From an uncultured Verrucomicrobiae bacterium (GTDB taxonomy: Bacteria; Verrucomicrobiota; Verrucomicrobiia; Chthoniobacterales; UBA10450), in NCBI GenBank assembly GCA_963834385.1, contig CAWIBO010000005.1:544001-608000 (forward strand): 64,000 nucleotides of DNA. Reading direction: 5' to 3'. Each line of letters starts with the position of its first letter. Positions within the stretch are counted from its first letter, which is position 1. The notes below the pieces were generated by a model, which did no database searches, was not told the DNA's origin, and was given only the letters and a program-made list of their open reading frames with translations. A program made the position numbers and the translations under genes. Positions 14,228-24,460 of this stretch are shown here, one piece after another.

Positions 14228-14668
14228 ATGTCCGCTGTAAAATCGTTTCGAGAACTCAATGTGTATCGTACTGCCCGTGAGGCGGCGGGGCTGATTTTTT
14301 CTCTTTCAAAGCAGTTTCCCGCTGAAGAGCGCTTCTCCCTGACCAACCAAATTCGGAGAAGTTCACGAGCCATCAAGGCCATGCTCGCCGAAGCATGGGC
14401 CCGGCGGAGATACAAGGCCGCTTTCATCAACAAGATCGACGAAGCGTTGGGCGAAACCTATGAAACGCAGTCATGGCTGGACGACGCTCTCGATAGTTCT
14501 TACATCACCCGCGCCGATTTCGACATTCTCGATCAGCACTACGACGCAATCGGCGGAATGCTTTCGCGGATGATCGATCGTGCAGAAGATTTCTGCAAAA
14601 ATCTGCCGGCGACCGATTACCGCTCCGTCGTCCGCGAGGAGGAGGTCAGTCCGATCACCGACCCCTGA
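14228..14668 (+). CDS. Four-helix-bundle protein (IVS/Avd-like family)
   Basis: SFRELNVY...FPAEERFSLTNQIRRSSRAIKAMLAEAW.RRRY..AF..K...A.GE..ETQSWL. Confidence 0.92.
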   Translation: MSAVKSFRELNVYRTAREAAGLIFSLSKQFPAEERFSLTNQIRRSSRAIKAMLAEAWARRRYKAAFINKIDEALGETYETQSWLDDALDSSYITRADFDILDQHYDAIGGMLSRMIDRAEDFCKNLPATDYRSVVREEEVSPITDP

Positions 14669-14681
14669 TCACCGTTCACAT
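14651..14681 (-). repeat. Right arm: reverse-complement heptamer repeat
   Basis: Reverse complement reads ATGTGAACG GTGATCA GGGGTCG GTGATCG; overlaps the four-helix stop and the DUF58 start codon. Confidence 0.8.
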
Positions 14682-15564
14682 GGAGACAACAGAGATCCTC
14701 AAGAAAATCCGCGCCCTGGAACTCAAGACCAAGGGTCTCGTCCAGACCGCCTTCGCCGGCGAATACCATTCCGTTTTCCGCGGGCGCGGGATGAACTTCG
14801 AGGAGGTGCGCGAGTATCAGCCCGGCGATGAGATCCGCGCCATCGACTGGAATGTGACCGCACGCCTCGGTACGGCCTACGTCAAAAAATTCACGGAGGA
14901 ACGCGAGCTGACCGTGCTCCTGGTCGTGGACGTGAGCGCCTCGGGTGATTTTGGCTCGCGCAGTCAGTCGAAACGCGAGCTCGCCGCCGAAGTGGCCTGC
15001 CTTCTTGGCTTCAGCGCTATTCGCAACAACGACAAGGTCGGTCTTCTCCTCTTCACCGATGTGGTCGAGCTCTTCATCCCGCCAAAGAAGGGACGCTCGC
15101 ACACCCTGCGCATCATTCGCGAGATCCTCTTTCATCAGCCCCAGCGCCGCGGCACTGCCCCGGCGGAGGCCCTCGATTACCTGAACAAGGTGATCACGCG
15201 GCGCGCCGTCGTCTTTTTCATTTCGGATTTTCAGGCGCCCGACTTTTCCCAAGCGCTCGCCATCAGCGGCCGTCGTCATGATTTCATCGCCGTCCACGTC
15301 GAGGACGAGCGGGAGGTGGACCTGCCTGATGTCGGCATCATCATGCTCCAGGACGCGGAGACGGGGGAACAGATCGAGCTGAACACCGCCGATAAGTCCG
15401 TCCGCGCGCGTGTCCGCGCCCAGGCCGAGGCCGAGCGCGAAGATCTCTTTCGCCTCCTGCGCCGGAACAACATCGACGCCATCTCCCTCCGGACCGGGCA
15501 GGATTACCTCCCGGCTCTCCGGGCCTTCTTCAAGCAGCGCGAGCGCCGTCTCGCCATCCGATGA
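14680..15564 (+). CDS. DUF58 (vWA-like) protein of the moxR/bat operon
   Basis: GEYHSVFRGRGMNFEEVREYQPGDEIRAIDWNVTAR, EERELT. Confidence 0.93.
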   Translation: METTEILKKIRALELKTKGLVQTAFAGEYHSVFRGRGMNFEEVREYQPGDEIRAIDWNVTARLGTAYVKKFTEERELTVLLVVDVSASGDFGSRSQSKRELAAEVACLLGFSAIRNNDKVGLLLFTDVVELFIPPKKGRSHTLRIIREILFHQPQRRGTAPAEALDYLNKVITRRAVVFFISDFQAPDFSQALAISGRRHDFIAVHVEDEREVDLPDVGIIMLQDAETGEQIELNTADKSVRARVRAQAEAEREDLFRLLRRNNIDAISLRTGQDYLPALRAFFKQRERRLAIR

Positions 15565-15571
15565 CACCCCG

Positions 15572-16060
15572 ATGCACCTGGCCCAGCTTCACGACATCGC
15601 GCCACCGGTTGATTATTCCCTTGTGCCCACGTGGGCTGTGTTCGTCGGGTCACTTCTTGTCCTTTCCCTGCTCGGCCTTGTCGTCTGGCTTCTCGCCCGT
15701 CGCCGACGACCCTTGCCGCCCCCGCCCACTCCGCGGGAAAAAGCGCTCGCGGCCCTGGCCCTTCTCCGGCCTGAGGCGGAAACGCCCTACCAATTCAGCA
15801 TCCGCGTCTCCGATGTCCTGCGCCGGTATGTTTCTGAACAGTTCCAAATCCCGTCCACCCGCCAGACTTCGATCGAGTTTCTCGCGGCCCTGGCCTCGCA
15901 GCCGGGCTTCTCCGAGCCGGAGCGGGCGCTGCTGCGCGATTTTCTTGACCGTTGTGACCTGATCAAGTTTTCCCGGTATGAGGCCACCGTGGAGGAGAGC
16001 CGCCTCCTTCTCGGCGAAGCGGAACAGTTCGTTAAAGGAGAGGCTCTTGCCCGTGTTTGA
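15572..16060 (+). CDS. Membrane-anchored bat-operon accessory protein (DUF4381-like)
   Basis: LHDIAPP, one TM, S.VLRRY..., TSIEFL, CDLIKF; lies between DUF58 and batA. Confidence 0.75.
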   Translation: MHLAQLHDIAPPVDYSLVPTWAVFVGSLLVLSLLGLVVWLLARRRRPLPPPPTPREKALAALALLRPEAETPYQFSIRVSDVLRRYVSEQFQIPSTRQTSIEFLAALASQPGFSEPERALLRDFLDRCDLIKFSRYEATVEESRLLLGEAEQFVKGEALARV

Positions 16061-17102
16061 CTGGTGGCCGGATGACACCGGCTTTTCGTTTCAGCGCCCC
16101 TGGCTTCTGCTTCTGCTCGCCCTGATTCCGCTCATCGCCTGGCTGCGCGGGCGGCGTGGACCGTCGGCCGCCCTCGTTTTTTCCTCGACCGCCCGGGTGG
16201 CTGCCGCCGGCAGAAGCAGCGCCACGCGGGTTGGCCGCCTGCTGCGCAGTCTCCTTTTCCTTGTTCTGGCGGCGTTCATCATCGCCCTGGCCCGACCCCA
16301 ACTCGGGAAAAGCCTTACCCAGGTGGAAGCGAGCGGCATCGACATCATCATCGCGCTCGATGTTTCCACCTCGATGTTGACGAAGGATTTTACCGTCGGC
16401 GGCGATCCCGCGACCCGGCTCGAAGCCATCCGCGAAGTCACGGAACGCTTCATCGAAAGCCGGCCGAACGATCGGATCGGCCTCGTCGCCTTTGCCGGGC
16501 GACCTTATGTCGTCAGCCCCATGACACTCGACCACGACTGGCTTCTGCAGAACCTCGAGCGGGTTCGCACCGGGCTGGTCGAGGATGGCACCGCGATCGG
16601 GTCCGCCATTGCCTCGGGGTCCACCCGCCTGAATGACAAACGTTCGAAGAGTCGTGTCCTGGTTCTGCTCACCGATGGCGAAAACAACGCCGGGAGAGTC
16701 CCGCCCAACACGGCGGCGGAGGCAGCCAAGGCACTCGGCATCCGCCTTTACGCGATCGGCGCCGGCACCAACGGCATCGCGCCCGCGCCAATATTTCAGC
16801 AGACCGGCAAGCCTTACACCGACATCATGGGCAACATCATCTACCGGAACCAGCCGGTTCAGTTCAACGAAGCCGGCCTGCGTGAAGTGGCGCGCATCGC
16901 CGATGGTAAATTTTTCCGCGCCACCGATACCGCATCGCTCGAGGAGATTTACGCCGAGATCGACCGGATGGAGAAAACCACCGTCTCGGTCAACAAATAC
17001 CAGGAGTATCGCGACCTGTTTCCCGCCGTCCTGATGGCGGGCTGCGCCTTGCTTGTGGCGCAGTCGCTTCTTGCGCAGACCATCTGGAAACGGCTGCCAT
17101 GA
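16053..17102 (+). CDS. batA: BatA-like vWA domain protein
   Basis: N-terminal F..PWLLLLL, ALARPQ, MIDAS DVSTSM, DRIGLVAFAG, GTAIG, LLTDGENN. Confidence 0.88.
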   Translation: MFDWWPDDTGFSFQRPWLLLLLALIPLIAWLRGRRGPSAALVFSSTARVAAAGRSSATRVGRLLRSLLFLVLAAFIIALARPQLGKSLTQVEASGIDIIIALDVSTSMLTKDFTVGGDPATRLEAIREVTERFIESRPNDRIGLVAFAGRPYVVSPMTLDHDWLLQNLERVRTGLVEDGTAIGSAIASGSTRLNDKRSKSRVLVLLTDGENNAGRVPPNTAAEAAKALGIRLYAIGAGTNGIAPAPIFQQTGKPYTDIMGNIIYRNQPVQFNEAGLREVARIADGKFFRATDTASLEEIYAEIDRMEKTTVSVNKYQEYRDLFPAVLMAGCALLVAQSLLAQTIWKRLP

Positions 17103-19222
17103 TCGATCTCTCGCAGCTTTCCTTCGGCGCGCCCTCCTGGTTCTGGGGACTGCTCCTCCTGCCGCTTCTGCTGTTCCTTTTCTGGCGCGCAGAACGGCGC
17201 GGCACCCGGCGCCTGCGAGAATTTGTTTCGCCCCGCCTTCTCCCGCAGCTGGCGGCGACGGTTGATCGCTTTCGCCGCACGGCCAAGTTCGTTCTCCTCC
17301 TGCTCGCCCTCGCCCTCGCCCTCGTCGCCCTGGCCAAACCTCGCTGGGGTTACACCTACGATGAGACAAAGCGAAAAGGCCTCGATCTCCTCCTGGCCGT
17401 GGACACCTCGCGCAGCATGCTCGCAAACGACATCGCGCCCAACCGGCTGGAGCGCGTCAAGCTCGCCACCCAGGATCTCCTGGCCGCCCTCGAGGGCGAT
17501 CGCATCGGCCTGATTGCCTTTGCCGGGCGCGCCTTTCTCCAGGCACCGCTCACCATCGATTACGGCGCCGCCCTCGAGGCCATTCGCGATCTCGACACCG
17601 ACACCATCCCGGAGGGCGGAAGCAATCTGGCGGCGGCGGTCAAGCTCGCCATCACTACCTACGGGAAAAGCGCGGTCGGTAATCGCGCCCTCATCATCTT
17701 CAGTGATGGCGAGGAACTGAGCGGCGATGCGGCCAAAGCCGCAAAAGAGGCGGCTGACGCCGGGGTTCGGATCTTCGCCGTCGGCGTCGGCACGCCGGAA
17801 GGATCGCTCATCCCCTTGCAGGGAGAAGGCGGAACTTCGTTTGTGAAGGACAGCAAGGGTGCGGTGGTGAAAACCCGCCTCGAGGAAGGCAGGCTGCGCG
17901 AAGTCGCGCAGGCCACCGGCGGATTCTACACCCGGCTCGAGGGCGGCCCGGCTACCATGGGCCGGATCGTCCGGGAAGGCCTCGCGGGCATGCAGGCAGG
18001 CGAGATTGATGTGCGCATGGCGCGCCGGCCGATTGAGCGCTACGAATGGCCGTTGTCCGGTGCCGTGGCGGCTCTGGCCCTTTCCTTCCTGCTGCGTGAC
18101 CGCCGGCGGCGACCCGCGCCCTCCGCCGGGGCCGCCCTGGCTTCCGTCGCCCTGCTTTTGCTGGCGCCGCCCCTTTTCGCCCGCGCCCCGGGGCTCGAGC
18201 TTTACGACCAGGAGAAATATCGCGAGGCCTACGAACAGTTCCTGCAAACGCTGCAGAAAGATCCCTCGACGAAAGCCACCGGTCGCCTGCAGTTCGATGC
18301 CGGCGCGGCCGCCTACAAGATGAAGGAATACAACAAGGCGCTCGAGGCCTTCAGCCAGGCCTTGCTTTCGCCCGAGAAAACCGTGCAGGAAGACTCGCAC
18401 TACAACCTGGGGAACACGCTTTACCAGCGCGGCGAAGGCCAGAAGGGCACCGGGCAAAAACGGGGCGACTGGCAGGATGCCATTAAGCACTACGACGAGG
18501 CGCTCAAGCTCGACCCGGCAAACAAGCAGGCGGAGGAAAACCGCGAGTTTGTGAAAAAGAAGATCGAGGAGCTAGAAAAAGCACAGGACCAGCCGCAGCC
18601 ATCGCCGCCACCACAGGACCAGCAAAAGAAGGACAAGGAGAAACAGGACCAATCGCAGGATCAGTCTGGTCAGTCTCAAGATCAGCAGCAGCAGCAACAG
18701 GGCGAGCAGGACCAATCAGAGCAGGAAAAAGGACAACAGGATCAATCCGGCCAGGGCGAACAGTCGCAGGACAACAAGGAACAGCCGGAAGCCGGGGCTT
18801 CGCCTTCGCCCGGACCGGGCGAAAGTCCGTCGCCCTCCCCTGGCTCGTCGCCGGGAGAATCCCCTTCGCCCGGCGAAGGTTCCCCTTCTCCTTCACCGGG
18901 CGGTCCGAGCCCATCGCCCTCATCCTCGTCTGACGGTGAGGCTTCTCCTTCCCCGACTGCCGGCGAAAACAAGGGGGAGACCGAAGGTTCGCCTTCCCCT
19001 TCGCCGCGTCAGGATTTGTCCGGTGAACTCCAGGAGGCTGGCGAACCCTCGGACCAGGAATCGGAGGGCAGCGCCGGAGCCATGGCCGCGACGGAACAAC
19101 CCCCGGAGGGCGAGATGACCAGGGAACAGGCCGAGCGCCTTCTCCAGTCGGTCAGGGACGAGGAAGACAGGGTCCGGCTTGATGAACGCAAAGCCTCGGG
19201 GCATGTCTATAACGACTGGTAG
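17099..19222 (+). CDS. BatB-BatC fusion: vWA + TPR + Gln/Ser-Pro-rich linker
   Basis: DTSRSM, NRLERVK, FSDGE; TPR YNLGNTLY; ends EQAERLLQSV...VYNDW as in BatC. Confidence 0.85.
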   Translation: MIDLSQLSFGAPSWFWGLLLLPLLLFLFWRAERRGTRRLREFVSPRLLPQLAATVDRFRRTAKFVLLLLALALALVALAKPRWGYTYDETKRKGLDLLLAVDTSRSMLANDIAPNRLERVKLATQDLLAALEGDRIGLIAFAGRAFLQAPLTIDYGAALEAIRDLDTDTIPEGGSNLAAAVKLAITTYGKSAVGNRALIIFSDGEELSGDAAKAAKEAADAGVRIFAVGVGTPEGSLIPLQGEGGTSFVKDSKGAVVKTRLEEGRLREVAQATGGFYTRLEGGPATMGRIVREGLAGMQAGEIDVRMARRPIERYEWPLSGAVAALALSFLLRDRRRRPAPSAGAALASVALLLLAPPLFARAPGLELYDQEKYREAYEQFLQTLQKDPSTKATGRLQFDAGAAAYKMKEYNKALEAFSQALLSPEKTVQEDSHYNLGNTLYQRGEGQKGTGQKRGDWQDAIKHYDEALKLDPANKQAEENREFVKKKIEELEKAQDQPQPSPPPQDQQKKDKEKQDQSQDQSGQSQDQQQQQQGEQDQSEQEKGQQDQSGQGEQSQDNKEQPEAGASPSPGPGESPSPSPGSSPGESPSPGEGSPSPSPGGPSPSPSSSSDGEASPSPTAGENKGETEGSPSPSPRQDLSGELQEAGEPSDQESEGSAGAMAATEQPPEGEMTREQAERLLQSVRDEEDRVRLDERKASGHVYNDW

Positions 19223-19250
19223 GGCGCGCCGCCCGGCCGGTTTCACCATC

Positions 19251-21101
19251 ATGACACGCAGTTCCGTCCTTGCTCTCCTCCTTGGCAGTCTGGCCCTCCT
19301 CGTGGGCAGCCTGCCCGCGCGGGCGGATCAGGCGAACGTCACGGCGGTCCTGACCAGCTCGGAAACGGAGCTGGGCCGGCCCGTCCAGCTCCAAATCAAG
19401 GTCACGGGAACGTCGAGCGCCAATCCGCCGGCCGAAATCGCGGTGGACGGTCTCGATATTCGCCCAACCGGTTCTTCCCAGAGCTTCGAGATGCGCGGGT
19501 TCAATGTCTCCTCCAGTATCACCTACAATTACACGGTGATGCCGGAGCGAATCGGCAATTTCACCATTCCGCCACAGGACGTTCGCATCGGAAGCAACAC
19601 CCTGAAAACGCCGGCCCTGAACCTCAATGTGGCGCAGGGAAGCGGCGGCACCGCCCGTTCCCGCCGCGGGACTGGCGGCAGCCCGCAAGGCGAGGCCATC
19701 GACCCCGACAAGATCGGGTTCGTTGAGCTCGTCCTGGCCCGGAATGAGGCTTACGTCGGCGAGATGATTCCGGCGCAAATCCGCATCGGGATCAGCGCGC
19801 GTGTTCCCCTTCAGAGCTTGCAGGGCATCGACATCGCCGGGCAGGGATTCACCACCCAGAAGATGCCCGATGCACGACAGAGTTACGATACCGTGGACGG
19901 GCGGACCTATCAGGTGCTGACCTATAAAACGGCGATCTCCGCCGCGCGCCCGGGAAAGTTCGATGTCGGCCCGGTGGAGGTTCGCGCGGTCGTGCGCGTC
20001 CCGCGTCCATTGCGCAACCAGCAGATTTTTCCGCGCGATCTTTTCGACATGAACGACCCTTTCTTCGATAACTTCTTCAAGGACCCGGCCTTCGCGCCGA
20101 GCGTGGCCAAGGAGGTCACCCTGAAGAGCGAGCCGATCGCGATGGAGATCAAGCCGTTGCCCGGCAACGCCCCGCCCACGTTCACCGGCGCCATCGGCAA
20201 TTTCGCAATCGAAGCCGACGCCCAGCCGCGCACGGTCAAGATGGGCGATCCGGTAACGGTGACGGCGAAAATAACCGGGCGCGGAAACTTCGGCCGCGTC
20301 AACGCGCCGATCCTCTCGGAGGAAAAGGGCTGGCATTCCTATCCTCCGTCGCCGCAGTTCACCCAGGACGATGAAGTCGGGATGAGCGGGACGAAAACGT
20401 TTGAGATGGTGCTGACCCCGAACACGGCCAAGGAGGCGGTGCCGTCGCTGGTCTTTTCATTTTTTGATCCGCTCAAGGAAACCTATCGCACGGTCAAGAG
20501 CGACCCGATCCCGATTCAGGTCACCGGGGCGCCGGCGGTTGCTCCCTCGCCCCCGGTGACGGCCCCGACGGCAGGCCCGGCCCAGACCGCCCCGCCCAGG
20601 GCAGCGGCGGATGAACTTCTGCCGCAGCTTCCACCCGGGCCGGACCCGCTCCAATCCTTCGCGCCGCTCCATGCTCGTCCCGCCTTTTGGTTCGCCCAGG
20701 TGGTTCCCCTGCTCCTCCTGCTTGGGTTCATCGTTTGGAGCCTGCGCCGTCGTCACCTGGGTGACCGCGCAGCCCGCCGGCTCGCGGCTTTGCAGGCGGA
20801 AGCCGCCGAACTCGAGCGAAGCCTTCGGCGTGATGACCTGAAACCGGATGATTATTTCGCGCAGGCCGCGCAGGCGGTTCGGCTGAAGACCGCCCTGGCC
20901 GGCAACGCCAACCCAAACGTGGTCGATCTCGATCTCGCTCTTCGCACCTTCCAGGTGGACGCGGAACAGCGCGAGCAGCTGCGCCGGCTTTTTGAGCGCA
21001 ACGACGAACTGCGCTACAGCGGCGGCGGTAACGGCCATGCCGCTCTGACCCCGGAAAACCGGCAAAGGATCAACGATCTCGTGGCCAGCTTGAAGAAATG
21101 A
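19251..21101 (+). CDS. batD: BatD-like protein
   Basis: Signal peptide, YVGE and FTGAIGNF motifs, G.GN, C-terminal TM; operon context. Confidence 0.8.
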   Translation: MTRSSVLALLLGSLALLVGSLPARADQANVTAVLTSSETELGRPVQLQIKVTGTSSANPPAEIAVDGLDIRPTGSSQSFEMRGFNVSSSITYNYTVMPERIGNFTIPPQDVRIGSNTLKTPALNLNVAQGSGGTARSRRGTGGSPQGEAIDPDKIGFVELVLARNEAYVGEMIPAQIRIGISARVPLQSLQGIDIAGQGFTTQKMPDARQSYDTVDGRTYQVLTYKTAISAARPGKFDVGPVEVRAVVRVPRPLRNQQIFPRDLFDMNDPFFDNFFKDPAFAPSVAKEVTLKSEPIAMEIKPLPGNAPPTFTGAIGNFAIEADAQPRTVKMGDPVTVTAKITGRGNFGRVNAPILSEEKGWHSYPPSPQFTQDDEVGMSGTKTFEMVLTPNTAKEAVPSLVFSFFDPLKETYRTVKSDPIPIQVTGAPAVAPSPPVTAPTAGPAQTAPPRAAADELLPQLPPGPDPLQSFAPLHARPAFWFAQVVPLLLLLGFIVWSLRRRHLGDRAARRLAALQAEAAELERSLRRDDLKPDDYFAQAAQAVRLKTALAGNANPNVVDLDLALRTFQVDAEQREQLRRLFERNDELRYSGGGNGHAALTPENRQRINDLVASLKK

Positions 21102-21832
21102 AGCGGATTATTCTGTTGCTCGCCGGCCTGATTCTTTTCGCGCCCGCTCTCAAGGCGGACCTTGCCGCGGCCATCCGCGAAGGGAACGACCAGTTCGCCG
21201 CCGGTAAATTTGAGGAAGCGACGAAGACCTACGAGGAAGCCGCCCGCAACGGCACGGTCAGCGCCGTTCTCTTCTACAATCTCGGCAACGCCTGGTTCCG
21301 CCGGGGCGACCCTGGGCGCGCCATCCTGAACTACGAGCGGGCGCTGGCCCTCGCGCCACGCCATCCGGAGGCCGCCGCGAATCTGCGCCTCGCGCGCGAC
21401 CAGGCCCGGGCCCTGACCGCTCCCCCGAATCGTTGGGAACAAGTTGTCGGGCTGAGCACGGCCGTGCATTACGCCTGGATCGGTCTTGTCGCCTTTTGGC
21501 TCGGCCTCTTTCTGTTGACCCGCCGCCTGCTCGGCGGTCCGCGCCCGCTGCTCACTGCCGGCGCGACCGCCGCCGGGTTGATGGCCCTCGCGGCCGCCTT
21601 TGCCATTTACACCCTCGAAACAGGGATCAACGGGCAGGGTCTCGCGATCATTGTGCAACCCGACGTCACCGCACGGGTGGCTACGGCGGATAACGCCCGT
21701 GGAGTCCTCCCGCTCCCCCCCGGAAGCCGGGTCAAGCTGCTCAGTCAGCGCGGCGACTGGACCTATGCCGCGCTCCCCAACGGCGAACGCGGCTGGATTC
21801 CGGCGAAAGGCGCGGAACCGGTGCGTCTTTGA
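21098..21832 (+). CDS. batE: BatE-like TPR + SH3 protein
   Basis: YNLGNAWFR.G..GRAILNYERAL; C-terminal GERGWIP SH3-like. Confidence 0.82.
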   Translation: MKRIILLLAGLILFAPALKADLAAAIREGNDQFAAGKFEEATKTYEEAARNGTVSAVLFYNLGNAWFRRGDPGRAILNYERALALAPRHPEAAANLRLARDQARALTAPPNRWEQVVGLSTAVHYAWIGLVAFWLGLFLLTRRLLGGPRPLLTAGATAAGLMALAAAFAIYTLETGINGQGLAIIVQPDVTARVATADNARGVLPLPPGSRVKLLSQRGDWTYAALPNGERGWIPAKGAEPVRL

Positions 21833-21913
21833 GGCAAACGGCCCGGCTGAATTTTTCACCGGGTCGGCGCGGTCCGGGTTGAGAAGCGGCGCAATCGCTC
21901 CCATCTTCAGGCG

Positions 21914-23326
21914 ATGAATGCCGAGATGGATGTTGGGACGAACAAAAAAGCGTTCCAGATCAACCTCGACGCCAAGAAGTACGGCACCTTCGCCGAGATC
22001 GGCGCCGGGCAGGAAGTGGCCCGCCGCTTCTTCCACGTCGGCGGTGCCTCCGGCACGATCGCCAAGACCATGTCGGCCTACGACATGACTTTCAGCGACG
22101 CCATTTACGGCACGGCCGAGCGCTACGTCAGCCGCGGGCGCCTCCAGACCATGCTCGACCACGAGTACAACCTCCTCCTCGAGCGTCTCGACGAGAAACT
22201 GGGCGACGAGCGCACCTTCTTCGTTTTCGCCGACACCGTGGCGGCGCGCAGTTTCAAACAGCACAACGAAGCGCATGGCTGGCTGGGGGTTCGCTTCCAG
22301 ACCCATACCCGCGGCGAACCGAGCCAGATCATCGTGCACGTGCGCATGCTCGACGAAGGCAACGTCGACCAGCAGGAGGCTCTCGGCGTGATCGGGGTCA
22401 ATCTCCTTTACGGCGCCTTCTATTATCACCAGCCCGAGAAGCTCATCTCCTCGCTGCAGGAGAACCTCGCCCCCGGCCGCATCGAGGTCGACATGATCAA
22501 ATTCTCCGGGCCGGCCTACGAAGGCGTCGATAACCGCCTGATGAGCCTCCAGCTCGTCTCGCAGGGACTGACCAACGCCGTCATGTTCACCGCCGACGGC
22601 GAGACGGTGCAGCCGGCCGAGGTCTTCTATAAAAAATCGATCCTGGTCGAGCGCGGCAGCTTCCGCCCGGTCACCCGCGCCACCAACGACATGCTCGACG
22701 GCGCCCGGCGGGCTTTCACGGGACGGGAAGAAATCGAGGAGAGCGACCTCGTTGTCCTGATGGAAATGACGCTGGAAAACCTGCTTTCCGAAGGCCAGCT
22801 CAACCACGCCGATTTCCTCGCCCGCGTTGACATCCTCGGCGCGCTTGGCCGAACCGTTCTCATCTCAAAGTTCGGCGAATACTATCGCCTGGCGGCTTAT
22901 CTCGCCCGTTACACGCGCGGCACCATCGGTCTGGTCATGGGTGTCCCGAGCCTGATGCAGATTTTCGACGAGAAATATTACCTGAATCTCGAGGGCGGCA
23001 TCCTGGAGGCCCTCGGCCGCATGTTCAAGGGAGGGCTTAAGCTCTTTGTTTATCCGAAAGTGGATGAGGCCACCGGCGAGACCATCTCCGCCACCAACCT
23101 CGATGTTTCCGATAATTTGCGGTCGCTCTACCGTTATTTGCTCGAGAACGAGTTCATTATCGAGATCACGCATTATCGGCCGGAATATCTGCGCATTTAT
23201 CCGCCCGACGCCCTGGCCAAGTTGCAGGCAGGCGACCCATCCTGGGAGCAAATGGTCCCGGCAGAAGTGATGAAAATTATAAAAGAGCGCGGCTATTTCG
23301 GTTATCAGCCCTCCCCGGCCGCGTAG
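21914..23326 (+). CDS. Conserved protein, nicotinate-nucleotide adenylyltransferase-like family
   Basis: KKAFQINLD...YGTFAEIGAGQEVAR.FF..GGASGTIAKTMSAYDM, ERGSFRPVT; family recognised from recall, function uncertain. Confidence 0.7.
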   Translation: MNAEMDVGTNKKAFQINLDAKKYGTFAEIGAGQEVARRFFHVGGASGTIAKTMSAYDMTFSDAIYGTAERYVSRGRLQTMLDHEYNLLLERLDEKLGDERTFFVFADTVAARSFKQHNEAHGWLGVRFQTHTRGEPSQIIVHVRMLDEGNVDQQEALGVIGVNLLYGAFYYHQPEKLISSLQENLAPGRIEVDMIKFSGPAYEGVDNRLMSLQLVSQGLTNAVMFTADGETVQPAEVFYKKSILVERGSFRPVTRATNDMLDGARRAFTGREEIEESDLVVLMEMTLENLLSEGQLNHADFLARVDILGALGRTVLISKFGEYYRLAAYLARYTRGTIGLVMGVPSLMQIFDEKYYLNLEGGILEALGRMFKGGLKLFVYPKVDEATGETISATNLDVSDNLRSLYRYLLENEFIIEITHYRPEYLRIYPPDALAKLQAGDPSWEQMVPAEVMKIIKERGYFGYQPSPAA

Positions 23327-23408
23327 GGTCCCGGTTCATCGTCCCCAGAGGGGGAAAAAGGAAAAGTCCGGAGGCAGGCACGCTTCCGGCTACAGAATCC
23401 GCAGCATC

Positions 23409-24458
23409 ATGGCCAGACGCGGAAATTCTGTTATTGGGATCGACCTCGGGAAGCACCAGTTCAAGGGCGTTCTGCTGCAGCGCAAGAGCGAGACACGCTA
23501 CGTGCTGACCAGCTACGCCTCGCGCCCGGTGCCGGAGGAGATCAAAACTGCCGACGAACTTGCCCAGGAGATCAAGGGATTGGTCAAGGAACTCGGTGGC
23601 GGAAAAACGTGCGCCATCGCCGTGTCCGATCCTGATTCCCTGCTGCGCATCATTGAGCAGCCGGAAACGCCCACCGACCTGCTCCGCAACGCGCTGCGCC
23701 TGAACGGCCTCGCCCTGCTCAACCAGGAGTGCAAGGACTACGTCCTCGATTGCGCACCCATCGGCGCCCAGGGCCAGAATGGAACTGAGAGCGTGCCCGA
23801 CTCGAACGGCGGACCACCGAAGAAGAAGTATCTCGTCGCCGGAATGCTTCGCCCCACGGTGAAACAGATCTCCGAGGCCCTGACCAAAAGCCGCATGCAG
23901 GCCGAGCTCCTCCAGCTCGCCCCGATCTGCTCCTTTAACGCCTTCGAACTCGCCTACCCCGAGACATTCAACAACGAAACCTTTCTCCTGCTCGACATGG
24001 GCCACCTGCAAAGCACGGTCATGGTCGGCCGGCGCCGCGAGCTCGCGCTCGTCCGGAGCATTGATTACGGTGGCCGGTCCCTTGGACAGGCCCTGACGGC
24101 CGACGGCGCGCTCGATGCCGAGGCGGCTCAACTCATGGTGGCGGAAGGCGACGCCGGCATGAAGGAAATCTGCCGCGACTCCCTTACCCGTCTTGCCATT
24201 GAGGTGCGCAATTCCATCGGCTTCTTCGAGGGACAGCACGAGGAAAGCATCCACCGCGTCTTTGTCTCCGGCGGCCTGGCCCGGACGGAAACCATTCTGC
24301 AAACCCTGAGCGACGAACTTGGTCTTCCCTGCGAGATCTGGGACCCGCTCGAGACCTGCGAGGTGGCCCTCCCCCCGGCCAAGCGCCAGGCGCTCCCGAG
24401 TGAGTTTGTCTCCCTGAACGTGGCCTGCGGCGCCGCCTTCGAATACCTGCGCAACTAG
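23409..24458 (+). CDS. pilM: PilM-like actin-fold pilus/T2SS assembly protein
   Basis: IGIDLG, LLDMG, EVRNSIGFF, VFVSGG, WDPL. Confidence 0.75.
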   Translation: MARRGNSVIGIDLGKHQFKGVLLQRKSETRYVLTSYASRPVPEEIKTADELAQEIKGLVKELGGGKTCAIAVSDPDSLLRIIEQPETPTDLLRNALRLNGLALLNQECKDYVLDCAPIGAQGQNGTESVPDSNGGPPKKKYLVAGMLRPTVKQISEALTKSRMQAELLQLAPICSFNAFELAYPETFNNETFLLLDMGHLQSTVMVGRRRELALVRSIDYGGRSLGQALTADGALDAEAAQLMVAEGDAGMKEICRDSLTRLAIEVRNSIGFFEGQHEESIHRVFVSGGLARTETILQTLSDELGLPCEIWDPLETCEVALPPAKRQALPSEFVSLNVACGAAFEYLRN

Positions 24459-24460
24459 CC

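Noticed and set aside
18580..19010. Gln-rich and (Ser-Pro)n stretch in the BatB-C fusion as another repeat insertion
   Set aside because: Codons vary and the periodicity is at protein level; low-complexity linkers are normal in BatC-type proteins.
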